Assembly (NCBI GenBank): GCA_012514315.1
Contig: JAAZAN010000096.1
Coordinates: 1,884-65,883 of the forward strand
Source of the DNA: Chloroflexota bacterium
GTDB lineage: Bacteria > Chloroflexota > Anaerolineae > B4-G1
Length of the DNA stretch: 64,000 nucleotides
Direction: 5' to 3'
Position 1 is the first letter of the stretch. Each line of letters begins with the position of its first letter. This document shows positions 30,584 through 40,214 of the stretch, in pieces. The notes beneath the pieces are model-generated. The model made no database searches and was not told the origin of the DNA. It saw only the letters and a list, made by a program, of their open reading frames with translations. The position numbers and the translations under genes were made by a program.

Positions 30584-32362
30584 TCAGACGGAGACTGGCC
30601 AGAGAACAAGAACCAGTCCGAGACACACTCCGGCGATGAGGATTGTGAGCGGCAGGCCCACTTTGACGAAGTCGAAGAACTTGTAGCGCCCGGGCCCATA
30701 CACAAGCAGGCAGGCCGGTTCGAGCGGTGTGAGAAAGGAGCTGCTGGCCGCCAGTGCGATGATGATGGCGAAGCTCCGTGGGTTGAGTCCCATCTGCGTG
30801 GCTGTACGGAGCGCCACGGGTAACACCACGGCCGCGGATGCCTGGTTGGACATAGGCTGGGTCAGTAGCATGGTCAGCAGGTAGAATCCGAGCAGCAGCC
30901 AAGCGGGTTGAACCTGGCGAGCGAATCGCACGATCTGCTCGGCCAGGTAGGCGGCTGTGCCAGTGCTCTCCATCGCCGCGCCCAGCGCCAACATGCAGGC
31001 GACCAAGATGAGCACGCTCCAATTCACCTCTCTGTAGGCTTCCTCCGGCGTAATACATCGGGTTGCCAGCACCAAGAGCGCCCCGAGTACCATGGCCACG
31101 GACAGAGGAACCAGCCCTGTCGTTGCCAGGACGAGTGTCCCGATGAAGATGGTTGTGGCTGCAGGCGCTCGGGCCTGATTCGGAAGCCGCTCAACCGAGG
31201 TTCCCAGGAGCCGAAACACGCCTTCCCGCTCCAACGCTTCGATACGACGGCGATCCCCCTGGACGACAAGGACGTCTCCTGTGCGTAGCCGGGCCCGGCT
31301 GAGCCGGCCAGTGAGTCGCTCACCGTGTCGCTCGACGGCCAATACCTGGAGCTGGTACTGATCGCGGAATCGCAAGCCCTGCAACGTCCTGCCGATCAGC
31401 GGGGAACCCGGAGTGATGATCACGTCAGTCAGGAAGACCCCCTCGGCCTGGCCGTCTGAGAGGGCGAACTTGACATCAGGACGGATATCGAGGCCCGATG
31501 TCGCCCTGATGCGCAGGATGTTCTCGCGATCTCCCTCCACCAGGAGCACATCTTCCACCCGCAGGCGCGTCTCGGCCCGCGGCAGGACAAAGCGAGTCCG
31601 GTCGCGCACGATTCGGATCACCTTGAGATCGAGGTCGCGTCCCAGGGCCGAGGCGGCCAGTGTCTGCCCCACCAACGGTGAATCCGGACGCAACACGAGC
31701 TCTGTGAAGTAGAGTCCGGTTTCCGGACCGGCAAGTGCGTCGGGTTCGATGCGGTCTGGAATGAGGCGGCGCCCCACGACGAACAGGTAGACCATACCGA
31801 CGAGGGCAATGGGCAGCCCTGCCGGCGTCAGCTCGAACATCGTGATGGGGTCCAGCCCGTACTGAACCATCAGGCCACTTACCACCATGTTGGTGGACGT
31901 CCCGATCAGGGTGAGGGAGCCGGCCAGGATGGACGAGAATGCCAGCGGCATCAGCAGGCGCGCAGGACTGATTCGGGCGCTTCGAGCCAGCCCGATGGTG
32001 ATGGGGAGGAAGAACGCCGTGGCTGCCGTGTTGCTCATGAAGGCGCCGATGAGGATCGCGGCCACCATCACCAGAAGGAGGATGTGGTCGGCATTCGACC
32101 CCGTGCGGCGCATAATCTCGCGCCCGACAAGATCTGTGACACCGGTATGTGCGAGTGCAGCCATCAGAATCAGCAGCCCGAGGATCATCAGGACGGGATC
32201 ACTGCCGAACCCCGCAAAGGCGGCCTCAGCCGGCAAGAGACCTGTCAGGATGACGAACATCAGGACACTCAAGGCAGTGACATCAGTTGGGATCCTGTCG
32301 ATGGAGAACAGCACCATGGCTGCCACAATGGCTGACAGAAGCAGCGCAATCTGGATGGTCAA
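30584..32362 (-). CDS. Anion/DASS (SLC13-like) permease with two internal TrkA-C (RCK_C) domains
   Basis: TTG start with a GAGGAG RBS. Hydrophobic N- and C-terminal halves flank two TrkA-C-like repeats (LVGQTLAASALGRDLDLKVIRIVR; LIGRTLQGLRFRDQYQLQVLAVER). Confidence 0.8.
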   Translation of the reverse strand: MTIQIALLLSAIVAAMVLFSIDRIPTDVTALSVLMFVILTGLLPAEAAFAGFGSDPVLMILGLLILMAALAHTGVTDLVGREIMRRTGSNADHILLLVMVAAILIGAFMSNTAATAFFLPITIGLARSARISPARLLMPLAFSSILAGSLTLIGTSTNMVVSGLMVQYGLDPITMFELTPAGLPIALVGMVYLFVVGRRLIPDRIEPDALAGPETGLYFTELVLRPDSPLVGQTLAASALGRDLDLKVIRIVRDRTRFVLPRAETRLRVEDVLLVEGDRENILRIRATSGLDIRPDVKFALSDGQAEGVFLTDVIITPGSPLIGRTLQGLRFRDQYQLQVLAVERHGERLTGRLSRARLRTGDVLVVQGDRRRIEALEREGVFRLLGTSVERLPNQARAPAATTIFIGTLVLATTGLVPLSVAMVLGALLVLATRCITPEEAYREVNWSVLILVACMLALGAAMESTGTAAYLAEQIVRFARQVQPAWLLLGFYLLTMLLTQPMSNQASAAVVLPVALRTATQMGLNPRSFAIIIALAASSSFLTPLEPACLLVYGPGRYKFFDFVKVGLPLTILIAGVCLGLVLVLWPVSV

Positions 32363-32643
32363 GGCCCTCTCCTCAGTGCTTGGTGTTCAGGCTACCCTCA
32401 ACAGGCTGCGTTAGATTCTACCACCGATGGACACAGACGGGAAGCTGCCATACCGCCGCCACCCACGACGCGGCCTCCTGCTGAGGGCGCGCGAGATCGA
32501 CCGGAAGCGCGTGGTCCGTTGCCCCCCAGGTCAGTCGATAGTAGAATGCGACAAGGCCTGCGACCGGTCCGACACGGGCGCAGCAGCGTGATTGTCCGAC
32601 AGCGCCGCTGTGTAGGACTCGGGCATTTATGGGAGGTAGTCCG

Positions 32644-34080
32644 ATGGACGGTCTGGAACAGATCTACGAACCTGGACGACAGATACCGGTCTGCGCGCGC
32701 ACCGATGTAGTGGTGGCGGGAGGAGGCGTGTCCGGTTGCGCCGCCGCGCTGGCCGCCCGGCGGGCTGGCTCGCAGGTCATACTCCTGGAGCGCAACGGGA
32801 TTCTGGGCGGTGTGGCAACGGCCGGGCTGATGGCCAACATCGGCAACCATTTCCTGGACAACGCGGGACAGCCGGTGTCGGGCGGCATTCCTCTGGAGAT
32901 CGTGAATCGTCTGGTTGCCATCGGGGGCGCCAGCGACCAGTGGTGCAGCCGCGAGGTGCCCGGGGTCGTGGTCGATTCGGAGAGGCTTAGGTACCTGCTT
33001 GGGAAGATGCTCCAGGAGGAGGGCGTGACCGTGTTGACCCACGCGCCTGCGGTCCGACCCATTGTAGATAGTGGCGATGCACGCGGAGTGTTCATCGAGA
33101 CGAAGACGGGGCGAGGGGCAATCCTGGCCGCTGTGGTTGTCGACGCGACCGGCGAGGCCGATCTGGCGTTCCGGGCGGGGTGCCCGATGCGCTGGGAGGA
33201 TGGAACAGCCAGCTTGGAGTTCAAGATGGGCGGCGCTAATCTGGAAGCGCTGTACCAGCACTTCAGGAACCAGCCAGAGACCTTCCCCGTTGGCATGGAC
33301 ATGGTAAAGGGCTTCACCGAGTTCGAGCGGAACTGGGTCGAGAGGGGCATCTTCTTCTTCCCTCACGGAGGGGGGCGCGTGTGGGACATCTTCCAACACG
33401 CCATCGTGTGCGGAGAGTTCGTCCGAGACCGAGGCGAACTGTGGTCTCTGGACGCTGCAGGGCTGTACGGGCTGCGCGGCCTGGACACGGTCATCGTCAA
33501 CTCCAACTTCTATACCGTCACATCACTGGACACAGTCTCGCTGTCGCGGGCTACGCTCGCGTGCGAGGAAGCCTGTTACTACGTGGCTGACTTCTTTCGC
33601 ACGCACGTGCCTGGCTTTGGACAGGCCAACATCGTCCAGATGGCGACCGATTTGGGCATAAGAACCAGCCGGGCGATCGAAGGAAGGGCTACGTACACCG
33701 ATGTCTGCGTCCCGGAAGAGCGGCCAGTGCGATGCCGCGACGTGATCGGATGCGCGTTGGTAGATGTCCGGTTCGCAGACACCGGAAGATTCTTTGCCGC
33801 ACAGACGCGTGACATCCCGTCCGGCATTCTGCTGCCTCAGGAGATCGAGGGTCTCCTCGTTTGCAGCGGCAAGAGCGCATCCACTGCGCCGCTGAAACTG
33901 CTTCGAGGTATGATGGACTGTATGGTACTCGGACAGGCGGCCGGTGCGATGGCGGCAGTCGCCGCGCGGTCAGGCGTTCGCCCGGCGGCGGTTCCGGTCC
34001 GCGACGTGCAGACGACGCTGCTTGAGCAGGGCGCCTACCTGGGACCTCGGGATCGGATGCTGGAACTCGGACTGTCGTAG
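32644..34080 (+). CDS. FAD-dependent oxidoreductase (FAD_oxidored family)
   Basis: Dinucleotide fold DVVVAGGGVSGCAAALAARRAG. GGAGG lies 7 nt before the ATG at 32644 (alternative start 32629). Confidence 0.75.
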   Translation: MDGLEQIYEPGRQIPVCARTDVVVAGGGVSGCAAALAARRAGSQVILLERNGILGGVATAGLMANIGNHFLDNAGQPVSGGIPLEIVNRLVAIGGASDQWCSREVPGVVVDSERLRYLLGKMLQEEGVTVLTHAPAVRPIVDSGDARGVFIETKTGRGAILAAVVVDATGEADLAFRAGCPMRWEDGTASLEFKMGGANLEALYQHFRNQPETFPVGMDMVKGFTEFERNWVERGIFFFPHGGGRVWDIFQHAIVCGEFVRDRGELWSLDAAGLYGLRGLDTVIVNSNFYTVTSLDTVSLSRATLACEEACYYVADFFRTHVPGFGQANIVQMATDLGIRTSRAIEGRATYTDVCVPEERPVRCRDVIGCALVDVRFADTGRFFAAQTRDIPSGILLPQEIEGLLVCSGKSASTAPLKLLRGMMDCMVLGQAAGAMAAVAARSGVRPAAVPVRDVQTTLLEQGAYLGPRDRMLELGLS

Positions 34081-34105
34081 GTCGACCGTCCGACTCAACA
34101 TCCTT

Positions 34106-34981
34106 CTATGTTGGGTCTCCACCGAGCAAGCGCACGAGGTCATCGTACTCATCAGCCTTCATGCCGAACCAGTTCTCAGGCTGTGGGAACTCCCCGTCGG
34201 TCACCTCGGCTCGATACTGCCTGATCCCGTCGAGAATGATCTTCCCGGCATCGGCGTACATCTTGGCCATACGCGGTCGGAAGTGCGGATAGAGACCGAA
34301 CATGTCGTGATAGATGAGGAGCTGACCGTCAGCGGCTGGGCCGGATCCCAACCCGATGATGATCGCCTCCTTACTGCGCTCAGCGGCGATGCGGCAGACT
34401 TGCTCGGGAACCAGTTCCAGAAGCACTGCGAACGCGCCTGCGTCGATCAGAATGGCGACATCATCGATGATACGCTTGGCTTTGTGTGCATCCTTGCCCT
34501 GAAGCCGGAATCCGCCCAGCGCCCCGGCGCTCTGAGGCGTGAGGCCCAGGTGGCCCATGACGGGTATGCCGGATGCGACGATCGCGGCAACCCGATCCGC
34601 CATTTCCCGTCCGCCCTCTAGCTTGACGGCATCGCACCCCGCTTCGGCCATAAAGCGACCGGCATTGCGGATGGCGGCCTCCGTCGAGGGTTGGTAGCTC
34701 ATATACGGCATGTCGCCGACGAGCCACACGTGCGGCGCACCCCGTCGCACGGCCTGAGCGTGACGGATCATGTCATCCATCGTGACGGGCAGAGTGGTCT
34801 CGTACCCGAGCATCGTCATACCGAGGCTGTCACCCACGAGGATCATATCGACCCCCGCCTGGTCCTGGAAGTGGGCCGTCGGATAGTCGTAACAGGTCAG
34901 CATCACAATCGGTCTGCCGTCCGCTTTCATCCTGTAGAGGGCAGGGAGTGAGACTTTCTTGCGCTCGGTATCAGTAGACAT
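34106..34981 (-). CDS. panB: 3-methyl-2-oxobutanoate hydroxymethyltransferase
   Basis: IVMLTCYDYPTA, MILVGDSLGMTMLGY, VGDMPYMSYQ, VKLEGG. Confidence 0.9.
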   Translation of the reverse strand: MSTDTERKKVSLPALYRMKADGRPIVMLTCYDYPTAHFQDQAGVDMILVGDSLGMTMLGYETTLPVTMDDMIRHAQAVRRGAPHVWLVGDMPYMSYQPSTEAAIRNAGRFMAEAGCDAVKLEGGREMADRVAAIVASGIPVMGHLGLTPQSAGALGGFRLQGKDAHKAKRIIDDVAILIDAGAFAVLLELVPEQVCRIAAERSKEAIIIGLGSGPAADGQLLIYHDMFGLYPHFRPRMAKMYADAGKIILDGIRQYRAEVTDGEFPQPENWFGMKADEYDDLVRLLGGDPT

Positions 34982-34984
34982 GAG

Positions 34985-36124
34985 TCAGCCTCCTTGTTCG
35001 CGAAGCAGCTCGTCAACCTTGGGCATCCAGGCACTGATCTCGATACCCTGCGGGCACTGCTCCTCACACTCGCGACATGCGATACACGCTGCCGCGCGCT
35101 CGGCCTCGGTCATATGCGCGTAGTTGATTCGATTCACTGTTCTGCCGGGTTCGTGGAGCATCGCCTGATTGTACATCTCGAAGTTGCGAGGGATGTCGAC
35201 TCCGTTAGGGCACGGCATGCAGTAACGACACTTCGTACAGGGCACGGGGCTGAGCGTGCGATAGGCGTCTTGGATTCGGCCGATCAGCTCGCGTTCATCT
35301 GGAGAGAGCGAGCCCACACCGGACCGTTCGGCGCTCAGTAGGTTCTGCTGAACCTGCTCGAGCGTGTTCATACCGCTGAGGACGACACCGATCTCGGGCT
35401 TGTCCCAAAGCCAACGCAGAGCCAGATCAACAATGCTGTGTGAAGAACCGTCCGCCTCGAGCACTGCTCGGACGACGTCAGGCGGCTGAGCCAGGCTCCC
35501 GCCATAGAGCGGTTCCATGATAACCAGGGCTACTCCATTCTCGGCGGCATACGTGACGCCCCGGGTGCCCGCCTGCACGTCTTCGCACAGGATGTTGTAC
35601 TGAACCTGACAGAACTCCCAGTCGTACTCCGCCAGGATTTCGACGAAGCGATCGTACGAGTCGTGGAACGAGAAGCCGAGGTGTCGAATCCGTCCGTCGC
35701 TCAGTGGACGTCGGACCCAGTCGAGCACGCCCAGATCGCGCACCTTGTCCCAGCGCGGACCGCGCAGAGCATGCAGCAGATAGAAGTCAAGGTAGTCTAC
35801 CCCGAGCTTGGCGAGCTGCTCGTCCAGGAGCCGATCGAAATCGGTATAGGATTCAACCTCCCACACTGGCATTTTCGTTGCTAGATAGACGCGTTCGCGA
35901 TAGCCGTTGGCCAGCGCCTCACCGACAACGAGCTCGCTGTTGCCACCGTGATAGGCGTACGCAGTATCGACGTAGTTCACGCCGCGATCGAACGCATACT
36001 GCATCAACTCAATTGCTACCGGCCGGTCAATCTCGTCCTCGCTGTCTTCGTGAGGCAGCCTCATAGCGCCAAAACCCAGCGCAGAAACACGCACACCTGT
36101 CTTCCCGAAATCGCGATACTTCAC
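34985..36124 (-). CDS. Aldo/keto reductase fused to a C-terminal Fe-S (ferredoxin-type Cys cluster) domain
   Basis: AKR N-terminus GFGAMRL...GVNYVDTAYAYHGG. C-terminal CTKCRYCMPCP and CIACRECEEQCP. The stop lies 3 nt from the panB start. Confidence 0.8.
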   Translation of the reverse strand: MKYRDFGKTGVRVSALGFGAMRLPHEDSEDEIDRPVAIELMQYAFDRGVNYVDTAYAYHGGNSELVVGEALANGYRERVYLATKMPVWEVESYTDFDRLLDEQLAKLGVDYLDFYLLHALRGPRWDKVRDLGVLDWVRRPLSDGRIRHLGFSFHDSYDRFVEILAEYDWEFCQVQYNILCEDVQAGTRGVTYAAENGVALVIMEPLYGGSLAQPPDVVRAVLEADGSSHSIVDLALRWLWDKPEIGVVLSGMNTLEQVQQNLLSAERSGVGSLSPDERELIGRIQDAYRTLSPVPCTKCRYCMPCPNGVDIPRNFEMYNQAMLHEPGRTVNRINYAHMTEAERAAACIACRECEEQCPQGIEISAWMPKVDELLREQGG

Positions 36125-36256
36125 TGCTCACTCCTTCCACAGATGCCGGGTACGTGCCTTTGTTTGTACCATCGGAGGCAACTGGTGTCAAGTGGGCCGA
36201 TTCGCTGAGGCAGAGTCGAACTGGCGGCGCTTCTGAGTGGCGTGGAGTGGGGTTGC

Positions 36257-36285
36257 TTGACACCCGACGCCAGTTAGCGCATACT
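36257..36285 (+). promoter_or_regulatory. Promoter candidate for the 36385 gene
   Basis: TTGACA (36257-36262), 17-nt spacer, CATACT (36280-36285). Confidence 0.5.
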
Positions 36286-36384
36286 GGCCGAAATCTGTGG
36301 CCGCGTCAAGGCATTCTGCTTGCAGCGCTGCGCTCTCAGCTCTAGATATGCCGTCGATCGCGCCCCTGATCACAGGAGCACGGG

Positions 36385-39090
36385 ATGACCAAGCCAGCTA
36401 CAGTCGTGATGGTGGTGATGCTGGTGCTTGTCACCAGCGGGGCGTCATTCGCATCGGAAGGCAGTTCGCCTGCGCCGATTGGGATGCTCCCTCGCTCCGC
36501 GCCACGCGCCGAATCCGATCGTGTCACGGCTGGATTCGCCTTTGTGCGCGAGGGGGATATCTGGTTCGTCGATCTGACGCGCAACGCTTCGACCCGCATC
36601 ACCGAGTCGGGGCGTGCGTTCAGTCCGAGGCTGTCGCCCGATGGCCGCTGGATCGCCTATCTGTCGGCCAGACCGTCCGGACAACCGAGTGCGGCGCCTC
36701 CCGTCGATATCCGGATTGCCGCCACAGATGGCGGCTTCGACGTGATCGTGGGGACAAGCACAGGACCGGCCAGCGAACCGGCCTGGTCAGGAAGTGCGCG
36801 CCGGTTGGCCTTCGTCGCGGACGAGCGACTGTTCGTCTGCGATCTCGGGGATGGCAGCAATGAGCAGCCCACGGCCCGGGTCGTTGCTGTGGGTATGTCG
36901 CTTCGCGGGATCGGCGTTCCTCGGCCGGCCTGGTCTCAGAACGGTGATCGGCTGGCGGTGCTGCTGTGGCGCGGTGGCGTCCAGTCGGTGTGGACGATCG
37001 ACTCCGATACTGGCGAGGCCGAACCAATGGGGATCGAGCTACCGATCGACACTCCACTGGCTTACGCCCCTTCAGGCGGACTAGGTGTGCTCATGCCGGC
37101 TGCAGACGGCCGGACCGACCTGGCGCTGGCGTCCGATGGTGGTGGGTTCCGCACGCTGCTGGGAGGTGTGACCGAGTTCGCGTGGTCTCCGGATGGAACC
37201 CGACTGGCCACACGCCGGTTGGGTGGCGGCCTCTGGGTCGGCGATCGGGTCGGCCATGCGGCGCGGCGCGTCGATGGCGATGCAGAACCGGTGGTGGGCT
37301 GGGCGTGGCTTCCCGATGGGAGATTGGCGTGGCAGACACGCCGCGGCATCCACGTGATCGATCCGGGCGGTGCGGGACTCGGGGGAGAGGGCGTAGTCCT
37401 CGAACTGGCGGCGTCGATCGATGGAGTCGCCCCAGCATCGACCGCGGCAATCATTACGGGCACGATCGACACCCCCTGGCGCACGCAGTTCGAAGGCGTC
37501 TGTGGGAGCACGAACTGCGGCCCATCTTCACTCGGCATCTCGATGCAATATCTGGGAGTCAACCACTCCAATGACACGATTCGGCGTGCAATCAACGCCG
37601 AGTTCCACAATGGCGAGACGATCTGCTGGGGAGGCGTAAACTACAGTGATCTGCGCTGGTATGCGCAGGAGCACGCGGGCCTGGATGCGACGCCAATGTA
37701 TACCGGCCTGACCATCGACGATCTCACGGCGTGGATCTCGTTGGGGCAGCCAGTGGTTCTGCTCGTGCACTATCGAAGTCTTCCCGGCCACGAGGCCTCT
37801 GAGTACGCGTACGATCATTTCATCGTTTTTCAGGGCATTCGGCCGGATGGATTGGTGTCCTACGACGACCCGGCATTCTATACATCGTCGGACGGCGACA
37901 ACAAGACGATGACGCAGGAGACGCTGATGAAGGCGTGGACGTCGTGCGTGCCCGGAAACCCACAGCGGAGCGGCATGGCGGTCTTCGGCAATGCATGCTC
38001 GGCGCCCGCGTTGACCTCACCGCCGTCTGGTACAGTCCAGATTGGGCTGAGCCGTGTGATCACACCGACTTGGGGACCGTCTTCGGGATGCACCCCGGAA
38101 GGATACAACCTCCGCATCAAGACGACGCCGGACATGGACGACAGCGGCGCCATTGTCCACGATGAGATCGTCTCGGGCGCGAGCGCGGTGTTGACCGTGC
38201 CGGCAGAACGAGATGGGGAGACGCTCTACTGGTCGGTGCGTGCGTGCGCGCCGTGTACACCCACGATCAACGGGGGGGCCTGGGGTATGCCATCAACCCT
38301 GCGGGTCCTGCCGGGTATCGTACGGCTGTACGATGGTGTTGGATACACCGGCGAGGTGTTCACCGTGACACGCCTTGGTCTCGTGTCGCTCGTCAATCTC
38401 TTCGATGCGCGGGCCCGATCGGTTGAGATGCCCGATGGCTGGTCAATGAGGTTGTTCAAGGACAGTGTCGTCGGGCCTCACGCATGCTTTCAGGGCCGCG
38501 ATAGCGATCTGGCGGACGATACGTACAGTGACGGAAGCGCTGTTGCTGGGACCGCGTCGTTTGCAGAGACTTTCGTATCCGACGATTGCCCGCCAGTGCG
38601 CGATCGGCTAACATTCGCGCCCATCATCCTGCGTCCCGGCTGTCGAAATATCGTCGTGAATGGCGAGTTCGAGGCCGAGGACGGATGGATTCTGCTGAAT
38701 GGCGCAGCGTTCACCTCCGAGATAGTCCACAGCGGCACGCGGGCGATGCGGATCGCCCCCTCGGAGCCGACGTACTATGCCTCGGCTTCGCAAGTCATCA
38801 CCATACCGGTCGGATTCGAGGCGATGCTGAGCTACTGGGTCAACCCCACATGCGTCGACTGCGACACGGCTGACAGGCAGTACGTCTGGATACGGGATGC
38901 GGCGGGCGCACCGCATTTCCTGGTGAACTACACGCGCGATAACGATCAGATGTGGATACGACGGGAACACGATGTCAGCGCCTTCGCAGGCCAGAGTGTG
39001 CGGCTGTTCTTCAGCGTCTACGGTGATGGGAGCGGTGAGACAAACGTCGTGTACCTGGATGATGTGCGGATCGATGCATGCCCGAGATGA
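36385..39090 (+). CDS. Secreted multidomain protein: signal peptide, TolB/PD40-like beta-propeller repeats, C39-like papain-fold peptidase domain, Ig/FN3-like domain, beta/gamma-crystallin-like domain, C-terminal jelly-roll
   Basis: Signal VMVVMLVLVTSGASFA. PD40-like FSPRLSPDGRWIAYLS, FAWSPDGTRLA. CGPSSLGISMQY...YDHFIVFQG. VRLYDGVGYTGEVF. The C-terminus resembles the end of the 1..930 protein. Confidence 0.7.
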   Translation: MTKPATVVMVVMLVLVTSGASFASEGSSPAPIGMLPRSAPRAESDRVTAGFAFVREGDIWFVDLTRNASTRITESGRAFSPRLSPDGRWIAYLSARPSGQPSAAPPVDIRIAATDGGFDVIVGTSTGPASEPAWSGSARRLAFVADERLFVCDLGDGSNEQPTARVVAVGMSLRGIGVPRPAWSQNGDRLAVLLWRGGVQSVWTIDSDTGEAEPMGIELPIDTPLAYAPSGGLGVLMPAADGRTDLALASDGGGFRTLLGGVTEFAWSPDGTRLATRRLGGGLWVGDRVGHAARRVDGDAEPVVGWAWLPDGRLAWQTRRGIHVIDPGGAGLGGEGVVLELAASIDGVAPASTAAIITGTIDTPWRTQFEGVCGSTNCGPSSLGISMQYLGVNHSNDTIRRAINAEFHNGETICWGGVNYSDLRWYAQEHAGLDATPMYTGLTIDDLTAWISLGQPVVLLVHYRSLPGHEASEYAYDHFIVFQGIRPDGLVSYDDPAFYTSSDGDNKTMTQETLMKAWTSCVPGNPQRSGMAVFGNACSAPALTSPPSGTVQIGLSRVITPTWGPSSGCTPEGYNLRIKTTPDMDDSGAIVHDEIVSGASAVLTVPAERDGETLYWSVRACAPCTPTINGGAWGMPSTLRVLPGIVRLYDGVGYTGEVFTVTRLGLVSLVNLFDARARSVEMPDGWSMRLFKDSVVGPHACFQGRDSDLADDTYSDGSAVAGTASFAETFVSDDCPPVRDRLTFAPIILRPGCRNIVVNGEFEAEDGWILLNGAAFTSEIVHSGTRAMRIAPSEPTYYASASQVITIPVGFEAMLSYWVNPTCVDCDTADRQYVWIRDAAGAPHFLVNYTRDNDQMWIRREHDVSAFAGQSVRLFFSVYGDGSGETNVVYLDDVRIDACPR

Positions 39091-39192
39091 ACCGGGGGGC
39101 ACGCATCGCCCGGCTTGCGGCGTCGTGGCATGCTAGTATAATCGCGGACGGTAGGCAGGGCGGAGGGAGTCAGCGATCAACCGGAGGCGCCT

Positions 39193-39762
39193 GTGACCGC
39201 GATCACGATTTCCCGTCAGTTGGGTAGCTTGGGCACTCAGGTTGCCGAGATCGTCGGGGAGTACCTGGGGTATCGCGTCGTGTGGCGCGAGCTGATCAAT
39301 GAGGCTGGCCGGCGCGCTGGCGCTGGCGAGACGGCCCTGGCTGCCATCGATGACCTGGGACTGTTGGGTGTGCGGCCGAGCCTGAGAGCTCATCGAGCCT
39401 ACCGAACAGCGATGGCACAGGTCATGTATGAGCTGGTGGAGGCGGGCGAAGTCATCATCGTAGGTCGGGCAGGGCAGGCCATCCTCCACGCGGCGCCTTG
39501 CGTACTGCACGCGCGGGTGATCGCTCCGTTCGACGTCCGTGTCGAGCGGGTCGCTACGCGCCACAGCGTTCCACAACAGGCTGCGCGGATCCAGGTGGAG
39601 ACCAGTGACCGATCGCGGCGTGACTACCTGCGGAGGTTCTACCACGTCCGGTGGGACGACCCGGAGCTGTATGACATCGTCATCAACACGGCACGCTACA
39701 CAGCGGAGGCAGCGGCCGACCTGATCTGTGAATCGGTCGCCTGGCTGAAGCAGAGACACTGA
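39193..39762 (+). CDS. Cytidylate kinase-like family protein
   Basis: GTG start after GGAGG. ITISRQLGSLGTQVA is the P-loop-like N-terminus of the Cytidylate_kin2 family. Confidence 0.65.
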   Translation: MTAITISRQLGSLGTQVAEIVGEYLGYRVVWRELINEAGRRAGAGETALAAIDDLGLLGVRPSLRAHRAYRTAMAQVMYELVEAGEVIIVGRAGQAILHAAPCVLHARVIAPFDVRVERVATRHSVPQQAARIQVETSDRSRRDYLRRFYHVRWDDPELYDIVINTARYTAEAAADLICESVAWLKQRH

Positions 39763-39791
39763 GGAACCCTGACTGCATCGGGAGCACATCA

Positions 39792-40214
39792 TTGAGTGAA
39801 TCTGACGAGAGGCGATCTCCGTTCTCCCATCCGACTGAGGAGGCGTTTGCTCGCATATTGGATTTCTACGGCATAGCCTGGATGTACGAACCGCGGACCT
39901 TTCCCCTCGAGTGGGACGCTGACGGGAATGTCACCGAGGCGTTCTCACCAGACTTCTATCTCCCTGATCAGGACTTGTACGTCGAGCTCACAACGCTGCG
40001 GCCGAAACTGGCCAGGTACAAGAATCGGCGTCTCCGCCGAATGCAGGAACTATACCCGGACGTGAATGTCAAGTTGTTCAAGCGGAAGGACCTCCGCGAA
40101 CTGATGATCAAGTATGGACTCGACAGTCAGGCGGCGCCAATCATCGGGACAGAAGCGCAGACTGAGAGAGATGGGCCCGACTCAGACGCTGATGTGGAGG
40201 GAGGAACTCCGTGA
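39792..40214 (+). CDS. Hypothetical protein with PD-(D/E)xK nuclease-like motif
   Basis: TTG start. SPDFYLPDQDLYVELTTLRPK fits D...(D/E)xK spacing. The stop overlaps the hpt start (GTGA). Confidence 0.45.
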   Translation: MSESDERRSPFSHPTEEAFARILDFYGIAWMYEPRTFPLEWDADGNVTEAFSPDFYLPDQDLYVELTTLRPKLARYKNRRLRRMQELYPDVNVKLFKRKDLRELMIKYGLDSQAAPIIGTEAQTERDGPDSDADVEGGTP

